Assembly (NCBI RefSeq): GCF_963921235.1
Contig: NC_086097.1
Span: forward strand, 111,106,001 to 111,170,000
Direction: 5' to 3'
DNA: 64,000 nucleotides
Source: Mobula hypostoma
Lineage: Eukaryota
The position numbers and the translations under genes were made by a program. Below are positions 37,075 through 50,429 of this stretch, piece by piece; positions within the stretch are counted from its first letter, which is position 1, and each line of letters opens with the position of its first letter. The notes beneath the pieces were generated by a model. The model saw only the letters and a program-made list of their open reading frames with translations, did not search any database and had not been told where the DNA came from.

Positions 37075-38619
37075 GCTGATAGAGCCTGCTCCTCAGAATT
37101 CCTCCATTACTGACATCAGGGTGACCAACCTACATTTCAATAGCATCTCCTTGTTACCCTTCTTTAAAAAAAAACTGAACATTAATCACCTTTCAGTCTT
37201 CAGGAACTTCACCAGGAGCTAAAGATCTCCACAAGTGCCTCTGCAATTTCTTCACTCACCTCTCACAAAATCTGAAAATGCACATGGTCAATCCCTGGGG
37301 ATTTATCCATCTTAATGCACTGCAAGTCTGCACAGATCTCCTCCTTGGGAATCTTAAGCAACTGTGATTTTCTCCTCATTGCACACCGAGGAGCAATACT
37401 TAGAAAAAATCTCCCCCACCTCCTACAGCTTGGGACACAGGCAGCCCTGCTGATCTCCCCAACCACCCTTTTATTCAAGTTTATCCTTTACCCTAAAAGG
37501 AACATGCTGCTGCTGGACTCTTTATATTACCCTCTTAAAAGCCTCCCACTGGCCTTTCATTCCTTTCTCTTCAGACAGTCTCACACAATCAACCTCTGCT
37601 AGATTCTGCCTAATTCACCTAAAATTAGTCTTGCTCTTGCTTAGGATCTTTTTCTGCTCTAGTCTTACCCTTTTCCATCACCATCTTAAAATTATAACAA
37701 TAGATATTTAAATAAATACAATATGATCACTCAAGGTAAAGTGCTCCCTGAATGGCTCTTCATAATTCTACAACTGAATCTGGTGCAGAAAATGCAGTCA
37801 GTTCAAAAGAATGAATGTTCATTCGGGAGCTTGAGGAAAGCTTTGCACCAAAGACCCTGCAATCTCTGAAATACAATCCCATTTATCATGCCTGTTACTG
37901 CAAGGCATCAGGCCAAATGGAATTTCTGGCATTTAACTGTCTTCCTATTATAAAACTGCCTAAATGGCCAATCACATTTAAGATCTCAAACAAGGAAGAA
38001 AGAAAAATAAATGTTTTTTTTTATTTTGATGAATATACTATTTTAAGAGAAAACAAATAAAGATGAAAACAATATTAAGGAAGAATTTGAACATTTTAGC
38101 CTTTCAAACAAATGCTAAAATGCAAATTGTATTTGGCCTTCAGTAATTTTTTTCATAGCATTCAATGACAGAGCTATACCAAAAACAAATAGATGTTCAT
38201 GTCAGTTTATTGATTTGTAATTTATTGATGATAATAGATAATGTTGCAAGCTGAACAACACTGAGTGACTCTCAACCAACAGTAACCATTTCCCCACTTT
38301 TACATCAGTGCCAAAAGATCCAAAGTCAAAGTGAAATTTATTATCAACGTACTACACTGTACATGACCTTGAGATTCATTTTTTTGCAGGCATTTACAGT
38401 GACATACAAGAATACAACAGAATTTATTAAAAACTACTTAAAGACTGGCAAAGAACTATGTGCAAAGATGACGTATTGTCAAATATAAAAATAAATGACA
38501 CTGAAAACATGAGTTGCAGATTCCATGAAAGTGAGTCTGTAGGTTGTACTGAGTAAAGTTATCCACGAATCACAGGTGTGGTGAGTCAACCTACTGGTAC
38601 ATATATATTGGGTGGTGCC

Positions 38620-39350
38620 TGAACAACAATCTCTCATCCAACGTCAGCAAAACTTAAGAGATGACTGTTGACTTCAGGAAGGGAAAGGAGGACAACTATG
38701 CACCAGACTAAATTGGGGTGGAGTAAGTCAGTAACTTTAAATTGCCGGGTATTAACATATCAGATGACCTGTCCCTGGGCCCATCACATAGATACAATCA
38801 TAAGGAAAGCATGCCAACATCTCTATTTAGGAGTTAAGAAGGTTCAGCTTGCCATCAAACACATGAACAAACTTCTACATTTGTACTGTGAAAGTATCTT
38901 GACAACCTGCATCATGGTATGGTTTAGTAATTCTGCAGAGAGTTGTGGATTCTGCCAATAAATCATGAACACATCCCTCCCCACCACTGGTAGTATCTGG
39001 AGCAGGTGATGCCTTAAGAAGTCAACATCTGTCATCAAAAATCCTCCAACATCCAAGAATTGCCATATTCTCACAGCTTCCATCAAGCATGAAGTACAGA
39101 AGCCTGAAGTCCCACAACTGTAGGTTCAAGAACAGCTATTTCCCTTCAACCATTCGGTTCATGAACCAACCACCAGAACACTAATCGCTACCGCTTAACA
39201 ACACTATTCAATAAAATTATCTTATTTTTGTTCTAATTTCCTTGTTAAAAAAGGTGTACAACTTTTGTTTGTTTTTTTCTTTCAAATGCTGTTATGTGAT
39301 TTTATGTGTCTGTGATGCTGATGCAACTAATTTTTTCACTGCACCTGTGA
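38620..39350 (+). mobile_element. Rex1/Babar-type LINE 3' fragment
   Basis: Remnants IRKACQHLY and ESILTTCIMVW. Confidence 0.7.
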
Positions 39351-39879
39351 TAAACACCAGACCAACTTTAAATTCTCCAAAAATCTTGTCTTCAAACCCC
39401 TCCAGGACATAGAATTGCAAAGATTCACCAACCTCTGATAAAAGTACCAAAGCATCTCAGTTTTAAACACACTTTAATTTTGCAACTACATTTATAACCC
39501 TCCAGCTCGTGGAATTATTGATCTAAACCCCCACCTTAAGAATCTTAAGCTTCAATAAGATCACTCCTTATTCTTCTCGATTCAATATAGATCTAATTTC
39601 TTAACACTTTCTTCCCAGGAACTAGCCTTTCGGAGCACCTCCAATGCCAGCATTTCTCTTTTTTAATAAGGTGACCAAAACAGTGGTAAGTACTCCAGTT
39701 ATGGCCACATCAACTCCCTGCATACCTGCAGGCAAGGTGACAGTCTTAATCATAAACTTCCTCCTGTCCCTTATTAGGAAATAATAAATCCTAAGGAACT
39801 TAAATATTAAACAATTGTCCGGCTCACTAGTATACAAGATATTCAGTAGGCCCACATCTTGTGTTTATGAACTGACCTC

Positions 39880-40300
39880 CGGTCCCCAATCTCACCAACA
39901 CAAAGTGACTCCCCCCATCCGCAGGCGCAGCAGGGCCAATTTAAAAGCCCTTCCCCCGTCCCACAGCACCAGTGCCTCCGGCCTCTCACCTGCCCGCTTT
40001 TGGCCGGTGACTGCTCTTCGTTAATCTTCTGCTTGAGTTTCTTGAACATGGCTGAGGCCGAAGCGGCGCAATCAGTGGATCCGCCGTTGATTCCGACGCT
40101 GTAGAACCGCCGGTTGCTGCTGCTCCAGCGGCCCAGCCGCGACTCACCCCGTGGTAACGCTACGCGCATGCGTCGGTGACGTGGCCCAAATTGCGCGATA
40201 CGGATGTGCGAGAATTCTGGGCCAGAGGGGGGCGCTGTGGGCGGGTTTGAGCCGAAATCTCCAATGCCTGTTCGGGACGTTGTCCCGGCCCGATGCAAAA
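39880..40300 (-). promoter_or_regulatory. GOLGA4 CpG-island promoter / 5' UTR
   Basis: CpG-dense non-repeat segment around the ATG. Contains NRF1-like CGCGCATGCG (40163-40172), TGACGTGGC (40177-40185), CTCF-like CCAGAGGGGGGCGC (~40222-40235), GC box GGGCGG (~40239-40244) and CCAAT (40261-40265). Confidence 0.8.
39990..40049 (-). CDS. GOLGA4: GOLGA4 (golgin-245) first coding exon, MFKKLKQKINEEQSPAKSGQ
   Basis: Translation matches the recalled GOLGA4 N-terminus MFKKLKQKISEEQ. Good Kozak context (GCCTCAGCCATG), phase-0 donor CAG|GTGAGA, and it lies in a CpG-rich island. Confidence 0.93.
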
Positions 40301-40807
40301 TTGCAGTAAGTTAAACATTCGTACCCAGATCAGACATCCTCACCTGAGAACCAAAAGTGCTGCTTCACCTGCTAAGTATTAACAGAATTTTGTTTTAAAT
40401 GCTGAAAAGTTGTCGGAATCTGCGCTTCAGCGTTAGGGATCCTTATTCCCAGCTTTTCAATAAAGGTAAACAAAACACATGCAAATAATTTCTATTTTCG
40501 CCTCAAGCCATTTGGTACTTTTGGCATAGACTGGATCTAGTTGGCAAATAAATTGAACACAATAATGAACATCAGCCAAAATATACAGACGTCGGATCCT
40601 GGTTCCCAAAATAGCTCGGAACTGAAGGGAGTTGAATGTCAATCATATTGTTTACTCTGCAGAATTTGGTTAAGAACAGATTTCACCAAATAATATTAGT
40701 GAGCCAGATCCTTTCATAAACTTAACCAAATGGCTTGGAGCATTTTTTTTTCCCACCATGATGGTGCGGTTGTAACGAAACTCAATTTCCCTCGGGATCA
40801 ATAAAGT

Positions 40808-40839
40808 TTATCTATCTATCTGTCTATCTATCTATCTAT
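40808..40839 (+). repeat. (TATC)n microsatellite
   Basis: About 8 units seen directly. Confidence 0.9.
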
Positions 40840-41229
40840 GATTTGAGATGATCCCACCGTGGAAGGCTGATCATCAGATACGACGTTTCGGAGTACAGGA
40901 AGGAAATAGAGATCTTAAAACACGTTGTCGTGACAATGGCTTCTCCCTCAATGTCAGCAAAATAAAAGCTGGTTATTGACTTTAGGAAAGTGATCAATGG
41001 ACATACTCCTGTCTACATCAGCAGTGTTGAGGTCAAGAGGGTTGAGAGTTTCAAGTTCCTTGGGGAAAGCACCACAGATAACCTGACTTGGTCCAATCAT
41101 TTTGACATCGTGGCCAAGAAAATGCACCAGCACCGATACTTCTGGAGGTGAAAGAAATTTAGCCTGTACCCTTTGACCCTCGCCATTTTTTTAAAGGTTC
41201 CCCATGGAGATCATCCTAAACAGCTGCAT

Positions 41230-42160
41230 CATTGAGCAGGAGCTATAAGAGAGTCTCCACAACTTATGCAATCTACAACAAGATCCTACCTCCAAACACA
41301 TCTTTACCTCCCCTCCCCCCCCACCACTATCTGCTTCCCATAGAGATTGCTTCCTCCTTGTCCATTCGTCACTCCCTAATAATGTCCCTCCTGGCATTTA
41401 TTCCTGTCAGTGACAAAATTGCTATACTTGCCCTTTCACCTCCTCCCTCACTTGCTCCAAACAGTCCTTCAATGCGAGGCAACACTTTACCTATGAATCT
41501 GTTGGGACCACCTGCTGTATCCAGTGCTCCTTATGTGGACTCCTCTACATTGGTGAGACCAAACATAGATTGGTGGACTGCTTTGTCGACTGCTCCTCAT
41601 CTGCAAGAAGAGGGATTTCCCGGTGCCTAACCATTTTATTTCCTATCCCCGTTCCCATTCTGATTTGTTGGCCAGTGGCCTCCTCTTCTGCCACTATAAG
41701 AGCACTCTCAGGTTAGAGGAACAACACCTCATATTCTGTCCTGGTAGCCCCCAACATTGATTTCTACAGCTTCAATTAATTCCCCCCCCCCACCTTCCCA
41801 GTTCTTCATTTCCCTACTCTGGCCTCTTTGCCTTTTCTGCTCAACTACCTATCACCTCCCCCTGGTGCCATTCCTCCTTCTCTTTCTCCCATGGTCTACT
41901 TTCCTATCAGATTCCTTCTTCTCCAGCCCTTTACCTTTCCCACCTATCACCTCCCAGCTTCTTATTTAATTCCCCCTCCCCCACTCACCTGGCTTCACGT
42001 ATCACCTTAGCTTGCCCTCCTTCCCCTCCCCCACCTTCTTATTCTGGCATCTTCCCCCTTCCTTTCCAGGCCTGGTGAAGGGTTAAAACTTGAAAATTCA
42101 ACTTTATATTCATCTCCATAGATGCTGCCTGGCCTGCTGAGTTCTTCCAACATTTTGTGT
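41230..42160 (+). mobile_element. Older diverged Penelope fragment with eroded hammerhead
   Basis: Colinear with 23520-24476; core eroded to CTGGTGA…GAAAATTC at ~42072-42099. Confidence 0.75.
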
Positions 42161-42694
42161 GAGGTGTATCATGGCTTGGTTTAGTAACTACTCTGCTGCA
42201 AGAAATCACAGAGAACTGTGCACACAGCCCATCAATCCTGGAAACCAGCCTCTGTCTCATTAACTCAGTCAGCACAATCAAAGGCCCTACCCACCCCTCC
42301 CATTGACCAGATGGTATAAAAGCTTGAAACTACAGTTTGTACCACCTGGCTGAAGGACAGGTTCCATTCTTTTGTTATGAGACTACTAAATGGCCCCCTT
42401 GAATGACAAGATGGACTCTTGACCTTCCTGACTACCTCATTATACCCTTCCACAGGACATAAAGCACACAATCTAATGCATGTGACTATTCCACTCCAAT
42501 GCCTATATCAATGAAGAGAAGGATGAGCAGCCACTGTGCTGTCAAATGCTGAAACCTCAATCAGGCTTACCCAAAACACACAAGGTTCCCATTGATTGGG
42601 TGGCAGAGCAGATGCCTCATGTCGCCAGCAATATAGAATTCAGTTGTGGTCTCCGTTGCTGCCCGTGTGCAGTTTGTATATTCTCCCTGTGACA

Positions 42695-43680
42695 GTGGGG
42701 AAAGGGAGGGGAGTACAAGCTGGCAGGTGATAGGTGAAACCAGGCTGGTGAGGTTGGGGATGGTGTGGAAGCTAGTGAAGGGAGGGTGGGGAATGAAATG
42801 AAAAGCTGAAACATGGTAAGTGGAAGAGACAAAGGTCTGAAGAATCTGATAGGAGAAGACTTTAGACTATGGAATGTAAGGAATGGAGGTGATAAACCAG
42901 ATGAAGGTTAAGGTGATAAGCATGTTTTGTGAGGATGGCAAAAGGGAAGGAGAATGGGTGGAGAAGCCTGAGGAACAAAAGGAAGTGAATTGTGGGGGAC
43001 AGGCAGGGGGTGGGGGGGTGGGGGGATGGGGACAGGGGGGAATGGAAATCAGCACTGAGCCCATCAGGTTGGAGTGGAATCATATCTGCATCTGGCCTCA
43101 GTGTGGCAGTAGAGGAAGCTGTGGACAGACATGTCACAGTGGGAATGGGAAGTGAAATTAAAACAGTTGGCCTCTGGGAGATCCTGGCTGTTGAGGTGGA
43201 AGGATTGAAGATTATCAACAAAGCAGTCTCACAGTCTGCATTGGGTCTCCCCGATATAGAGACTGCACCAGAAGGACCAAATTCATATATGAAGTGCTGC
43301 CTTATCTGGAAGGATTGTTTAGGCTCCTGAATGGGGAAGAGGGGCAGGTGTGAAACTTTGCAGGTTTGCAGGGATAAATGCTTGAAGATGGATCAGTGCG
43401 GAAGGACAAGCAGACAAGGAGATCACTGAGGGAGTAATCCCAGAGGAAAGCAGAGAGGGGTGGGGAGGGAAGGGGAAGATATGCCTGGTGGTGGCAAAGG
43501 TTGTGGAGAATGATGTGTTGGATACGGAGGCTAGTTAGGTGGTAGATGAGGATAAGGGGACTCCTATCTTTGTTATGTCAGAGGGGACATGGGGTCAGGG
43601 CAAATGTATAGGAAATTGAGGAGATACAAATGAGGTCTGCATTGATAGCAGTGTAAGGAAAACCCATTTTTTGTAAAGAG
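42695..43680 (-). mobile_element. Older diverged Penelope fragment
   Basis: Colinear with the minus-strand copy at 32700-33700. Confidence 0.7.
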
Positions 43681-44099
43681 AACAGAAGAAAAGGCCCCTT
43701 TGGACTGCAATGTTGTACCAAACTAATTAAACTCAGAATTAAATACCTAATTAAACTAATCCCTTCCACCTGCACAAATCCATATCCCCCCACCGTTCTT
43801 TGCACATTTATGTGCCAATCCAAGACCTTTATATTTGGCTCCACTACCAGCCCTGGCTGTGCATTCTCTGTGTAATAAAACTTACCCACATATCTCCTTT
43901 GAACCTGCTCCTTGTCAGCTTAATACATGCCCTCTTGAATTAAACATTCCAACCACAGGAAAAAGATACCAGCTGCCTGATCTATCTCTACCCCCTAATG
44001 ATCTTATTAACTTCAACCGACTTCCATTGCAGCTGAGTTTCGTCAACCTCTCATAAGTAGTGTTTATCCTTCAGTCCAGACAGTATTGTGGTAAACCTC

Positions 44100-44678
44100 T
44101 GAAACACTCTGGTTCTGTGGGCTGCTTAAGTCCAGGGAAGACAATCTCTGGCCCCGAAAAACGGGTGAGATTGAGGTGCGAGTCCACCCCGAAACCCCCA
44201 TTTGTGTGGGTGCTGTGTGATTTGTTACCCTGTTACAAATCAGTACCATGAAATAACAGGCAGTACACAACATACAATTAAATGATTTAGCTTTATAATT
44301 CTTAATTTGACTAAAGGGTTAGTAAAGAAAAAGCAAAAGAAAGAAAAGGGCCCATTCTAATAAAACAGTTCAGTGTGCACAAGTTGGCGCTCATGGTTTC
44401 CCCTTCGCCGATCCTCCTTCGATTTCCCCGGGCTTTGTCTTATCATGGTCCCGCTCCGGGTCAAGTCCTATGACCTCTTCTCTCCAGCATCTTCTCCCTG
44501 CATCTCCTGCCGAACAAAAGACCCAGCTCACCCCAGTGTCAGGCACACAACATGACAACACACTCCCTTCACCCAATGCTCACGTTCCAAAGCACCCATT
44601 ATCTCTAACCATAACCCAAACACTGCTTCCACAGAAAGACCATTACATCAGCCGTGAAACCTTTCTCAGGGTGTTATA
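44100..44678. mobile_element. Probable solo LTR (579 bp) inside a CR1 fragment
   Basis: Imperfect inverted ends TGAAACACTCTG / CAGGGTGTTATA and 4-bp TSD CCTC; the CR1 sequence resumes on the other side. Confidence 0.65.
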
Positions 44679-44869
44679 CCTCTTATGCACCCTCTGTAAA
44701 GCTTCTACATCCTTCCAAAAAATGAGGCAACCAGATTTGGATGCAATACTCCAGATGCAGCCTAACCAGAATTTCATAAAGCTCTTGAACCTGATGTCTT
44801 GACTAAGATAGGCAAACGTGCCATACACTTTCTTTACCACCCTCTCAAACTGTGCAGGCACTTTCAGGA

Positions 44870-45300
44870 AGTGTTTCGAGTTTAGAGGTAAACAGGCCCT
44901 TCTGTCCCCATAAGCCTCCACTGCCCACTTACATACGCCTGACCAATTAACGTATCAATCGGCATATCTTTGGAATGCGGGAAGGAACTGGAGCTTCCGG
45001 AGGAAATTCATATGGTCACAGGGAGAGTGCTGAATCTCTTTCAGACAGCAGTGATATTAAGCTGGGTTGTTGAAGCTGTAATAGCACTATGCTAATTGCT
45101 ACACTACTGTGCTGCCTAATGCGTCATTTGTGTCAATGAGCAACACAGGCCAAGGATGATTGTAAGGGATACAGCCCTCAAATGTCGCCATGCTTACAGC
45201 TCCAACATTGCGTGCCCACAGCTCACTAACCCTGATGGGATGTGGGAGCAAACTAGAGCACCCAGAGGAAACCCACACAGTCACAGGGAGAAAGCTCACA
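44870..45300 (-). mobile_element. Two V-SINE (HE1-like) remnants
   Basis: Minus-strand V-domain core GGTTTCCTCTGGGTGCTCTAGTTTGCTCCCACAT at ~45240-45275, with a second copy at ~44970-45025. Confidence 0.7.
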
Positions 45301-45966
45301 ATCGTGAAACTAGACTCCTGATCCTGCCTTTAACAGTGTACTGTCCATTTACATTTGACCTCCTAAAGTGCAACACCTCACACTTGCCTAGATTCAAGTC
45401 CATCTGCCACTTTTCTGCCCATATTTGTAATTGATTTACATGCTGCTGTATTCTTTGTATATCTTCTACTCTATCCACGACCCCGCCAATTTTTGTATGG
45501 TCTGCATGCTTACTAACCCACCATCCACGTTTTTATCCAGTATGGATCCCTGTGGCACATCACAAGCCTCGGACCTCCAGCCAGAATAACACCCATCATC
45601 CACTACCCTCTATCTTCTACGGGGAAGCCAATTGTGAATCCAAACATCCATGTCACCATGGATTCCCTGCACATTAATCTTCTGGATGAGCATCCCATGA
45701 AGGACTTTTGTCAAATGCCTTACTAAAATCCACATTGACAACATCCACTACTCTACCTTCAATCACTTTTGCACCTCCTCAAAAAAACCCAATCAAGTTT
45801 GTAAGACGGGACTTGTCCCACACAAAGCCATGCTGACTGTCCTTTATTAAGGCATGGTTTTCCAAATACTCATTAATTGTATCCCTAAAAATCCTCTGCA
45901 ATGGTTTCCCTACCACTGATGTGAAACTCAGCAGTCTATAGAATCCATGGTTATCCTTATTTCACT

Positions 45967-46459
45967 TCAAAGATGAAGCCACACTCAGGTTGGAGGAAAA
46001 ACACTTATATTCCATCTGGGTAGCCTCCAACCTGATGGCATGAACATCGACTTCTCTAACTTCCGCTAATGCCCCACCTCCCCCTTGTACCCCATATATT
46101 ATTTATTTTTATACACACATTCTTTCTCTCACTCTCCTTTTTCTCCCTCTGTCCCTCTGACTATACCCCTTGCCCATCCTCTGGGTTCCCCCCCCCCCAT
46201 CTTTCTCCCTGGGCCTCCTGTCCCATGATCTTCTCATATCCCCTTTGCCAATCACCCGTCCAGCTCTTGGCTCCATCCCTCCCCCTCCTGTCTTCTCCTA
46301 TCATTTTGGATCTCCCCCCTCCCCCTCCCACTTTCAAATCTCTTACTAACTCTTCCTTCAGTTAGTCCTGACGAAGGGTCTCGGCCTGAAACATCGACTG
46401 TACCTCTTCCTAGAGATGCTGCCTGGCCTGCTGCGTTCACCAGCAACTTTGATGTGTGT
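45967..46459 (+). mobile_element. Short Penelope 3' fragment (hammerhead 46364-46399 with GAAACATC variant)
   Basis: Near-identical to 23984-24473. Confidence 0.9.
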
Positions 46460-46799
46460 AGCATTAGCTTCTCACCAGGCCTCTGGATCTCACCTGTGGC
46501 GAGGGAGTGCACCAACATCTTGCTAATAAAGGCCCAGCATTCTTTTCTCCTGATTTTCTCAATAACCTGGGCATATCCCACGTAGCCCTGTGGACTCCTC
46601 CACCTTAAATTGTTTTAAAAGACCCAATATCACCTATTTCTTTATTTCAAAAAGCCCCATCATGTTAGCACATTCCACATTGATTTCCCTGTCCTCCACA
46701 TTCTTCTCTTCGATAAATACCAACATAAGTAAATCATTTCTGACCTCACTTACATCCATCACCTCCAAATCCCTCTTTAATCTTTGCATAGTCTTTCCT

Positions 46800-48820
46800 T
46801 ATCACAATCAGGTATGTATGTCATGAAATTTCTGTTTTGTGGCAGCAGCACAGTGCAAGACATAAATATTACTGTAAGTTACAATAAATAAATAGATAAT
46901 GCAAAAGAAGAATAGCAAGTACTCTTCAAGGGGTCATGGACAATTCAGAAATATGATAGCAGAGGAGAAGAAGCCATTGCTGAAATATTGCCTTGGGTCT
47001 TCAGATCCTGTAGCTCCTTCCTGTTGGTAGTAATGAGAAGAGAGCATGTCCTGGATGGGGAGGGTCCATAATGATGGATGTTACCTTCTTAAGGCACCAA
47101 CCCTTGAAGATGTCCTTTATGGTGGCGAGGATCGTGATGGAGCTATCTGAGTCTACAACCCTCTGTAGTATCTTTCAAACCTGCAATTTGGAGCCTCAAT
47201 AACAAACAGTGATACAACTGTCAGAATGCCCTCCCATGGTACATCTGTAGAAATTTGCCAGAGTCTTTGGTGACAAACCAAATCTCCTCAAACTCCTATT
47301 GAAGTACAGTATTTGTCTTCTTTGTGATTGCATCAATATACTAGGCCAAGGGTAGATCTCTGAAATGCTGATACCCAGGAACTTGAAGATGATCACATTT
47401 TCCACTGCTCACCCGTCAATGAGGTCTTGACTTCATATTCCTAAAGTCCACAATCAATTCCTTGGTCTTACTTACATTGAGTGCAAGGTTGTTCTTGTGA
47501 TTTCACTCAGCCAGCTGATCTCACACTCCTGTATGCCACCTCATTGTCATTTGAGGTTCTGCCAATAACAGTGGTGTCACCAGTGATCTCATAGATGGTG
47601 TTTGAGCTATGCCTAGCCACACACGCATGTAGAGTGGAGCAGAGCAGTGGGTTAAACTCGGATCCTTGAGGTGTGCCTGTGTTGTTTGTCAGTGATGAGG
47701 AGATACTATTACTGATCCACCCTGACTATGGTCTCCTTATGAGGAAGTCAATGATTCAGCTGCAGAGGGAGAGTCCTAGGTTTTGAAACTTGTTGATCAG
47801 TAGTGAGGGGATGATGCTTGAGAATACGGACCTGTCATCATTAAACAGCAACCTGCGCTACATTTTAATATTGTCCAGCCGGATGGAGAGCCAGTGAGAT
47901 TCCATCCATGGCAGACCTGTTGTCAACTTGCGGCAGGTCCAGGTCCTCGCTCAGGCAGGAGTTAATTCTAGCCATAAGCAAACTCTCAAAGCACTTCACA
48001 GCAGATGTGACAACTACACTCTCCAGCTACCCTCTTGCTTTAGATGTACTGTATGCTCGAGGATTCCCTGCAATCTGACCTACCAGGAGTTTCTCATGGC
48101 CCATCTGGGCTCTCCTAATTCCATTCCTGAGTTCTTCTCTAGTTTCTTTATAATCTGTAAGAGCACAGTTTGATTTTAGCTTCCTAAACCTTACGTACTT
48201 TTTCATCTCGACTAAATTCAATTCCACTTGATATTCAAGGTTCCCATACCTTGCTGGCATATAAAGACAGGAATCAAAGGGTTGAACATGGTGGGACTAA
48301 TGTTTTGAGTTGTGTCCATTTTTCAATGCAAGGAGTATTGTATGAAAGGCTTCGAGACCTTGGCCTCAATACCTCATTATACAATTAGATCCTCAATTTC
48401 CTCACTTGCAGGCCCCAGTCAGTTCAGATTGGCAAAAACATCACCTCCACAATCTCCATCAGCACAGGTGCACCCCAAGGCTGTGTGCTTAGTCCCTGCT
48501 CTATTCTTACGCGTACGAATATGTGACCAGGCACAGATCCAATGCCATACTTAAGTTTGCTGTTAACATCAATGTCATTGGGCATATCAAAGGTGGACAA
48601 TCTCTCACTCATTGTCAACAACCTCTCACTCAATATCAGCAAGGAGCTGATGATTGACTTCAGGAGGGAGGAAACCAAGGTCCATGAGTCAGTCCTCTTT
48701 AGGGGATCAGAGGTGGAGAGGGTCAGCAACTTTAAATTTCTTGGTGTTATCATTTCAGGGGATCTATTCTGGGCCCACTATGCATCTACAATTAAAAAGA
48801 GAACTGGGCAGCACCTCTAC
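46800..48820. mobile_element. Rex1/Babar-type LINE fragments (minus ~46800-47990, plus ~48330-48820)
   Basis: FKFLGISIS, ELMIDFRR and TGAPQGCVL motifs. Confidence 0.75.
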
Positions 48821-49310
48821 TGATCCATGCCCACCACAGCATTCTCCCCGTCCGCCAGCCCAGCTGATCCGTGCTGACCACAGTATCTCCCTGTCCGCCA
48901 GCCCAGCTGATCCGTGCTGACCACAGTATCTCCCTGTCCGCCAGCCCAGCTGATCCGTGCTGACCACAGTATCACCCTGTCCGCCAGCCCAGCTGATCCA
49001 TGCTGACCACAGTATCTCCCTGTCCACCAGCCCAGCTGATCCATGCCGACCACAGTATCTCCCTGTCCGCCAGCCCAGCTGATCCGTGCCCACCACAGCA
49101 TTCTCCCTGTCCGTCAGCCCAGCTGATCCGTGCCCACCACAGCATCTCCCCGTCCACCAGCCCAGCTGATCCGTGCCCACCACAGCATCTCCCTGTCCGC
49201 CAGCCCAGCTGATCCGTGCCCACTACAGCATCTCCCTGTCCGCCAGCCCAGCTGATCTGTGCCCACCACAGCATCTCCCTGTCCGCCAGCCCAGCTGATC
49301 CGTGCCCACC
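48820..49310 (+). repeat. Minisatellite, 43-bp unit, ~11.4 copies
   Basis: Unit CTGATCCGTGCCCACCACAGCATCTCCCTGTCCGCCAGCCCAG; spacing 48865 to 48908 is 43 bp. Confidence 0.95.
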
Positions 49311-50429
49311 AGGTATCCACATTCATACCATAATTCTCCAAGCTCTTCCCCTCCATGAACCTATCCACATGCCTTTTAAATGTTAAAATTGTGTCCAACT
49401 CATTCCAGGTTCTCACTGCTCTCTGTGTGAAGCAGTTACTTCTCAGGTCTTCTTTAAATTTCTCTGCTCTAACCTTGAATCTTTCCCTCCGGCTTTCGAG
49501 CTCCCTAATCCTGGGAAAAACAGTGTGACCATCCACCTTATACTCCAAAAGTGCGGTCTTACCAATAATTTGAGTGTACACTAATTATTTTCCCAAATTG
49601 CCAATTTCTCTCTAGAATGTACGCACCTCATATCTAGAATGTCTAACACCTTAAAGACAAGAAATTCTGCGGAGTTGGAAATCAAAAGTAATACATATGA
49701 TATTCTGGGGGAACTCAGCAGGTTAGGCAGCCTCTATGGAAATGAACAGTCAACACTTCAGGCCGAGACCTTGCTCCGGGACTAGAAAGAAAGAGAGAAG
49801 CCAAAATAAAAAGCTGTGGGAGAGGACTAACACCTTAACCAGGAATCCGTATGGTCAGTGTGGATTCTGGTGCTTTCTCACTCACTACTATTAACCCCAA
49901 AGGAAAGAAATAACACAAACTTAATATACAGTAAGACAGATCAAAAGACATTTCTTTCCTCAGAACCTTCATCAATAAATGTAAAACTTAAACAGCTAAT
50001 TTCCACAGTGAAAAAGAATTCCAAAGATTGATGGAAAAGACAAGAAGAACAATGAAGCCCAACACCATCACACACTCACACGAACTCTTAACGCCACTCT
50101 GCTTCTGAAATGCAAGAGCTCCTGGAAAAGAGCAAAATGTTTCAAATGGCCACACTCTAATCCTCTAGAGAACAGGATTCATTAAAATATCCTTCAAACG
50201 CAGAGTTCATCAACATAATAACTTTGTAATCACTCGTTCACTCATGCATGTCCTCTCGCTCCTCATGTACATCAAAGTAAACTTAAATTGCCATACCTCG
50301 TGAAATATCTTAAAACTCACAGGTTATTCAACAATTCAATGAACCCACACTCAACGATTCAGCAAAAGCTTCTTTTCCCCCATCATCAGATTTTTCAATG
50401 TTCCATGAATGCATCCTTCTTAATCCTTT

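Noticed and set aside
40141..40148. GGTGAGTC donor-like site upstream of the ATG (minus strand)
   Set aside because: No supportable upstream exon or matching acceptor; it lies among promoter motifs.
39843..40298. 151-aa ORF as a single-exon gene
   Set aside because: Only the 20 codons from 40049 to the donor at 39990 match GOLGA4. The rest is GC-rich UTR/promoter and intron read-through.
48820..49310. CRISPR-like regular array and the repetitive ORFs over it
   Set aside because: Head-to-tail units with no unique spacers, in eukaryotic DNA with no cas genes. The ORFs are by-products of the repeat.
49740..49790. Additional hammerhead copies in old tails (also ~1280-1310, ~42070, ~62305)
   Set aside because: Catalytic boxes are eroded, so they count only as relics.
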